A stretch of DNA of 59,892 nt. Origin: a virus. Lineage: Duplodnaviria; Caudoviricetes. Shown piece after piece: positions 55,413-59,892 of this stretch; the first letter of the stretch is position 1, and every line of letters starts with the position of its first letter. A model generated the notes under the pieces. It was not told the DNA's origin. It saw only the letters and a list, made by a program, of their open reading frames with translations, and did not search any database. Both the position numbers and the translations under genes were made by a program. Location: positions 1 through 59,892 of the IMG/VR virus record IMGVR_UViG_3300031864_000001. The stretch is one strand, 5' to 3'.

Positions 55413-56414
55413 CTAAACCTTTCCCTTTTTGATTGATCGTTGAAAAGCCAAGGAGATTTTATCGAACTCCTCTTTGGTAATTCTTTTATCGATATAATCT
55501 TTGCTGGCTTTTTGAAATTGAGCCCTAGTTACGGTTTCGTCTTCCGGTTGAATCGCTCCACCACCACCTGTTTCATCAGGGGTTATTTCATCCTCTAATG
55601 AAGGTGTGATTTCATCGCCACCGCCTTCGGGCTGGTACCCTGTTTCTTTGATAAACGAATTAAACCAATGCGCTACCCGGGCCACATCACCTTTTTGATG
55701 AGCATCATCAAGTAAACGCTGTCTCTGTATGCCGGTCCCTGCGTCTATTTGAGCCAGATAATTATGCCAACGTGGGTCTTTATTTATCGACCTCCACTTC
55801 TTGACCTTTTTGGTGAGCACATCATAAAACCGCTCACTGGCATCTTTTTCAACGGTCTCGCCAATGCTCTTAACCTGGGTACCCACTTCGCCATATTTGG
55901 CTTTTAATTCTTGGTTTTCCTTAAGTAAGGCATTAACGGTATCCACCATATCGGTCATTTCTTCGCCATAAGCCTGAAAATCCTCTTTCTTTAATTCTTT
56001 CGTGGGTATGACTTTTGGTTTAGCTCCCTCGTCTTCTTCGGTATCAACATCAACTCCAGAAGGCTGCTTTTGCTGAGCAACGATTATATCGTTGAGGTTC
56101 GATATGGTAGCGTTGGCCTGGCTTAACAGAGACCTGGCCTCTTCCAACTCACTTCTAAGATCCCCCACCTCTTTATTATATTTACCCCGCAGGACCTTAA
56201 AACTATGCTCATAGTCCTTTGGTTTCTGTGGAGGTTGGGGTTCCTTTCCTTGTTCGAGAGTCTGCGCCGGTGTTTCAATTACTTGGTCTTTCGGCTGATC
56301 TTTGCCTTCGGCCTCATCATCGATCACGGTTACAGGTATTCCCTCGGCAATTTTGCCTTGAAGATCCTTTGCAGCATCACCTTGTTTTTGAACTGCTGTT
56401 GGTATTCCTGCCAT
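55413..56414 (-). CDS. Scaffolding protein
   Basis: Upstream of MCP; FKVLRGKYN.EV, coiled coil, W..IN.DP.W. Confidence 0.75.
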   Translation of the reverse strand: MAGIPTAVQKQGDAAKDLQGKIAEGIPVTVIDDEAEGKDQPKDQVIETPAQTLEQGKEPQPPQKPKDYEHSFKVLRGKYNKEVGDLRSELEEARSLLSQANATISNLNDIIVAQQKQPSGVDVDTEEDEGAKPKVIPTKELKKEDFQAYGEEMTDMVDTVNALLKENQELKAKYGEVGTQVKSIGETVEKDASERFYDVLTKKVKKWRSINKDPRWHNYLAQIDAGTGIQRQRLLDDAHQKGDVARVAHWFNSFIKETGYQPEGGGDEITPSLEDEITPDETGGGGAIQPEDETVTRAQFQKASKDYIDKRITKEEFDKISLAFQRSIKKGKV

Positions 56415-56508
56415 TTTGGATTCCTCCTTTCGAGCCGCCTTAAACGGTCTTCGGGTTTACTGTTATGCTTGAGAGCTCGGCATTTGCCGGTATTCCCAAG
56501 CGCCTATA

Positions 56509-56619
56509 AATAAAAAAGCCCCGTTGGATGAAACATTTCCGAATCATCCAACGAGGCTTTGATACGCTGTTGGCTTACCCTAATGCGTTTCCGCGTGGGA
56601 GAGACAAAAGGGCGTTATG
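56509..56619 (-). terminator. Intrinsic terminator with conserved upstream RNA element (copy 2)
   Basis: AGCCTCGTTGGATGA/TCATCCAACGGGGCT stem plus U-tract. Confidence 0.85.
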
Positions 56620-56699
56620 TGATTTATTCAAATTTTAGTCTTTCAATTATATCCTTTATCCTGTTATTCCAATAATTTACATTAAAAAGCTCTCTTGTT

Positions 56700-56888
56700 T
56701 CAAATGAAGCGTGGTTCATATAAATCACAAATATAATCGTGTTCTACTTCTTTCCTCTCTGCTGAATCAGGAGAAATTTTTTTATTCTCACATTCAAAAT
56801 CTTCTTCATTTATCCCACAATCAAAAGAAAATCTGCAATTCGCACAAGTTCTTACCTGCCTATAATTATGCTTTTTAAGAGGATCCAT
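56700..56888 (-). CDS. Small Cys-rich protein
   Basis: CANC...C...C...ICD. Confidence 0.6.
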   Translation of the reverse strand: MDPLKKHNYRQVRTCANCRFSFDCGINEEDFECENKKISPDSAERKEVEHDYICDLYEPRFI

Positions 56889-57100
56889 TACTTTTCAAAC
56901 AACTCCCGGATAGTATTCCTTCTTCTCTTAGCGTAGGAGCTAATCGTTTTCTTGGCCCCCGATACGCTTACTACATCCTTTTTCTTTTTGGGACAGGGTT
57001 CTCCTGCCTGCTGCCTTTTGCCTTCCTTGGCCGTTTTATTCTGGTAACTGCCTGCATACGTCCCTGTGCCATCTCGGTCTCCCGGTGTCTTTTTGCCCAT
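56888..57100 (-). CDS. Small basic protein
   Basis: PGDRDGTG motif; Lys/Arg-rich. Confidence 0.6.
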   Translation of the reverse strand: MGKKTPGDRDGTGTYAGSYQNKTAKEGKRQQAGEPCPKKKKDVVSVSGAKKTISSYAKRRRNTIRELFEK

Positions 57101-57111
57101 TTTTTAAACCT

Positions 57112-57594
57112 TTAAACCGGAATATTCGTAATAACCAGCCATTGTATCCGGCTCATTACAATGATTCTGGAATCCCGTGATTTCCCCGTCTTTTGGGCTA
57201 TTGCATCACTTAAAAAATATGAGATCTCATTTCCGTGCCTGAAATAAAACCCGGAAACAAGCTGCATATTGGTACCCTTATACTCCCTGTGCTCAATCCA
57301 GATATCGTGGTCTTTATAAATCTTATCTATGCGCTCCTTCTTTGTTTCCTTAGTAAGTCCTGCATTTTGAGCTATTTCCATGACCTTATCAGCATTAACG
57401 CCTAATTTCCTGAGAGCTATGTTATGGGCATGACGTAGGAAATTATTGGCCTCTTTTTGAGTATCAAACCGATATGGCTTACATTCGTCCATTACAAGCT
57501 GGAAATTATCCACATTCCGGGATCTGATTTCTCCCAGCGTCAGATTAGCTGTTGCATCTCTGATTTCAGCCATGTTCACCCGTATAAATCCCAA
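57112..57594 (-). CDS. Hypothetical protein
   Basis: ORF in operon orientation. Confidence 0.65.
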   Translation of the reverse strand: MGFIRVNMAEIRDATANLTLGEIRSRNVDNFQLVMDECKPYRFDTQKEANNFLRHAHNIALRKLGVNADKVMEIAQNAGLTKETKKERIDKIYKDHDIWIEHREYKGTNMQLVSGFYFRHGNEISYFLSDAIAQKTGKSRDSRIIVMSRIQWLVITNIPV

Positions 57595-57988
57595 AAAGCA
57601 AAATTTTATTCTTATAAATTTTTGTCTTCAACAATCTAACCACAAAATAATCCCAGCTAGCCTTGTTTTTTATAAGATGATCAGCGACTATATTCCCTAA
57701 TTTATTTGAGATTCCCCATAGTCTTGATTCCCTGATAATACCTTTCTCAATAAGATCAAGGTCGTTGTTGAGATCCATTAATACAGTGAGGGCTTTATTT
57801 AAAATGATGGCCTCACCATGAAAATCAACTTCATCTCCTATCTCCGTGGGATTACCTGTATAGTCTAATTCCGTTTTATGTTTCTCAAAAATTGGAGCAA
57901 GGGCATCATATGTTCTATTAAGAGTATAATACAGCAATAATTCTGGTATAAACGGCATACTATAATCCTTTTTTTTAATCTCCGGCAT
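57566..57988 (-). CDS. Hypothetical protein
   Basis: ORF in operon orientation. Confidence 0.6.
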   Translation of the reverse strand: MPEIKKKDYSMPFIPELLLYYTLNRTYDALAPIFEKHKTELDYTGNPTEIGDEVDFHGEAIILNKALTVLMDLNNDLDLIEKGIIRESRLWGISNKLGNIVADHLIKNKASWDYFVVRLLKTKIYKNKILLFGIYTGEHG

Positions 57989-58292
57989 ACTCGGCTACCC
58001 CCAAAAACCTAATCCCCCTACGGCCTCGGTTCCTGACATCATATACCCTATAAGCACACCCGTTTATTAAGAAAACAAAGTCCCTGCGTGAGAGCGGATC
58101 AATAAACCCTTTGGCTGGCTTCCGTATTCTCACGACTTCCGTTTTACCGGCCTCTTCTTTTTCCTGGTCTTGTTCAGGTATGGGCTCTTCGACAACTTCA
58201 GGTTCAAGATTTTCCACGCCTTCCTCGTTAATATCCTCGGCTGGTTTATCCTGTCCTTCGGCCAAACCCTTGAAAGAGCTTTCCTGTTGCAT
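57975..58292 (-). CDS. Hypothetical protein
   Basis: Acidic N-terminus, beta-rich C-terminus. Confidence 0.6.
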   Translation of the reverse strand: MQQESSFKGLAEGQDKPAEDINEEGVENLEPEVVEEPIPEQDQEKEEAGKTEVVRIRKPAKGFIDPLSRRDFVFLINGCAYRVYDVRNRGRRGIRFLGVAEYAGD

Positions 58293-58315
58293 TATATTGT
58301 CCCCCTTTTATGCTT

Positions 58316-58528
58316 TCATCCGCCATTCCCTTTTTTAGGCTTAAACTTACCGCACCAATCATATTCTTTTACGATAGGCCAAGTACCATTCCGGCTCCCT
58401 TTTATTATAGGCGAGTTTTTTCTGCAAATCCCTGAATAATACCCGTCAATATTTTTAGTTTTAGGCCATATCTCAAAAAATCTACAGTGTTCACATTTTC
58501 TTTCAATCATATTGGGGTATTTATACAT
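58316..58528 (-). CDS. Small Cys4 protein
   Basis: CEHCRFF...GICRKNSP...WP.V...DWCGKF. Confidence 0.7.
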   Translation of the reverse strand: MYKYPNMIERKCEHCRFFEIWPKTKNIDGYYSGICRKNSPIIKGSRNGTWPIVKEYDWCGKFKPKKGNGG

Positions 58529-58656
58529 TATATTTCCCCCCCTCGAAGTACCTTCTCCAATAAGGAGATGGTAAACCTCAGGCCCCTGATAAGGGCACGG
58601 ATTATTTGACTGTTAGATATGTTATCAGATTTAGGCATTTATTATGTCAATATGTT

Positions 58657-58680
58657 CCAAAAGGAACCTTAAAGGGTTCC
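58657..58680 (-). terminator. Putative intrinsic terminator
   Basis: GGAACC/GGTTCC stem followed by TTTT on the - strand. Confidence 0.55.
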
Positions 58681-58749
58681 TGGGAAGGCCGACCGGGAGA
58701 CCAGCCTTGTCGCTCGGGGAAACAAGCTATCCCATGAAGATTAAATTGT

Positions 58750-59781
58750 TTAAGTAATAACGCCAAGTCCACCAGCTATTACAGCTTGCGGGACATGCAC
58801 GCTGACGTTTGCCGCCCTATCTGACCAACTCGTAAATCCATAATTCATCGAGCAGTTTCCTTTAATAACGATCTGATGCGTTGAGGTACACGCATCCCTG
58901 AAAACATAAGTAGGCCCAGTCCCAAGGTTCTCGGTGAAATTATAGAACGAGCAATCCTCGAACTCCAGTTCACGGTCAACGGCATAATCAGCAAGAAGTT
59001 GAATAAGGCCAACGCTGTTATTTGTGGCTACCTCAATCCTGGTTGAAAAACGGGTATTCTTGAACTTCATTCCGAAACCCGCTGCCGCCCCGCCGATAAA
59101 TTGAACGCATCCAGGGCCATAAGTCCTTTTGGTGTTTCCAGAACTTCCGATAACGCTCTCCTCGATCAGCATCCCGTTACCGGCACCTGCCACGCTGGTA
59201 TCAACGATAAGTGGAACTCCAGCTCCTACTGTGGATAATTGCAAGGCGCCATCACCACCGCGCAAAGATATCCGCTTTCCGTAAAAGTTTTTACCAGATA
59301 TCCTTATATCACAATAGTTATCCACGGCACTAAAGACATTCCGCGTCCCGATACCATACATCGTTACAGAATGACCAGTAAAGTTAATGATCTCGCCTAT
59401 ACTGGTAGTCGCACAAGATATACGCACTTGGCCGCCAGGGAGTGTTCCAGGCTGATATGCCTGATTAATACTTCCTGCCCCGATAATTGAGGTATCATGT
59501 TTTGCCCATGTAAGGGATTCTGTCTGGATATGATCCCCAGGCCATACATAAACCCTGTCACCCTGATCGCTCGCCATATTTGTGTAGGCACTGGCAAGAG
59601 TGGCAAAAATCCTCTGATCATTCACACCGTTTTTTCTAAGCATCTCATAATACAGGTTAGTTCCAACTTTGCTTGTAACCAGATGAAATACCTCGCCTCC
59701 GACCCCTTGGTTTACCCCAAAACCTTGCAATGAACACTTGTTTACCGTTAACTCGTTAATCGTCATTTGTTCTCTACGCAT
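58750..59781 (-). CDS. Right-handed beta-helix-like protein
   Basis: TLASAY...GDRVYVWPG.H pectin-lyase-like cap; F.NT.F and FEDCSF repeats. Confidence 0.65.
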   Translation of the reverse strand: MRREQMTINELTVNKCSLQGFGVNQGVGGEVFHLVTSKVGTNLYYEMLRKNGVNDQRIFATLASAYTNMASDQGDRVYVWPGDHIQTESLTWAKHDTSIIGAGSINQAYQPGTLPGGQVRISCATTSIGEIINFTGHSVTMYGIGTRNVFSAVDNYCDIRISGKNFYGKRISLRGGDGALQLSTVGAGVPLIVDTSVAGAGNGMLIEESVIGSSGNTKRTYGPGCVQFIGGAAAGFGMKFKNTRFSTRIEVATNNSVGLIQLLADYAVDRELEFEDCSFYNFTENLGTGPTYVFRDACTSTHQIVIKGNCSMNYGFTSWSDRAANVSVHVPQAVIAGGLGVIT

Positions 59782-59892
59782 GATAATTCTCCTTTATGTT
59801 AAATTATTTTTCGCCCAACGCTTCCATTCTCTCCCTATGAGAGATAGCGGAGCGGTATTATAATATCATCCTCGTTATCTCTTTAAATTCAG

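Noticed and set aside
59776-59804. dif site (TTATGTTAAAT matches the XerD arm)
   Set aside because: XerC arm and spacing are poor; the sequence is the AT-rich RBS context of a gene, with a similar context at ~28620
1-59892. Alternative genetic code and the many antisense ORFs in the track
   Set aside because: Core genes are intact in the standard code; antisense ORFs lack RBS or motifs and overlap well-supported genes

Overview
This window looks like a probably complete, circularly permuted ~60 kb tailed phage (Caudoviricetes) genome with podovirus-like architecture: no tape-measure or sheath gene is recognisable, but ejection-type proteins and a 3,000-aa polyvalent protein are present. Two transcription arms diverge from a switch at ~14.1-14.5 kb. 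The + arm (14.5-27.8 kb) carries a structured leader, an initiator-like tRNA-Met, an SMC-like/RecT/PD-(D/E)XK/MBL recombination module, many tiny genes, a tyrosine recombinase and a repeat-delimited gene-cassette array. The - arm runs Cro-like regulator, MTase, PAPS reductase, BCS1-like AAA, DnaB, O-type initiator with iterons, terminase, portal; it then apparently wraps through the window end to scaffold, capsid, tail, ejection, fibre and lysis genes. The arms converge at a hairpin at ~27.85 kb. No CI repressor, reverse transcriptase or CRISPR array was seen. The most unusual signals are: (1) a cassette array next to the recombinase whose terminal hairpin appears again, split into three pieces by insertions; (2) a small gene with its own RBS overprinted inside the giant gene; (3) a tail gene split in-frame by an inserted domain with its own RBS; (4) a twice-repeated structured RNA plus terminator element in the late operon; (5) DNA-conserved GTCGGCATCGG sites delimiting fibre modules; (6) a tRNA leader able to sequester the acceptor strand. 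All family calls come from motif recognition by eye; no searches were run. The host is not determinable (a lipoprotein in the lysis cassette hints at a diderm).
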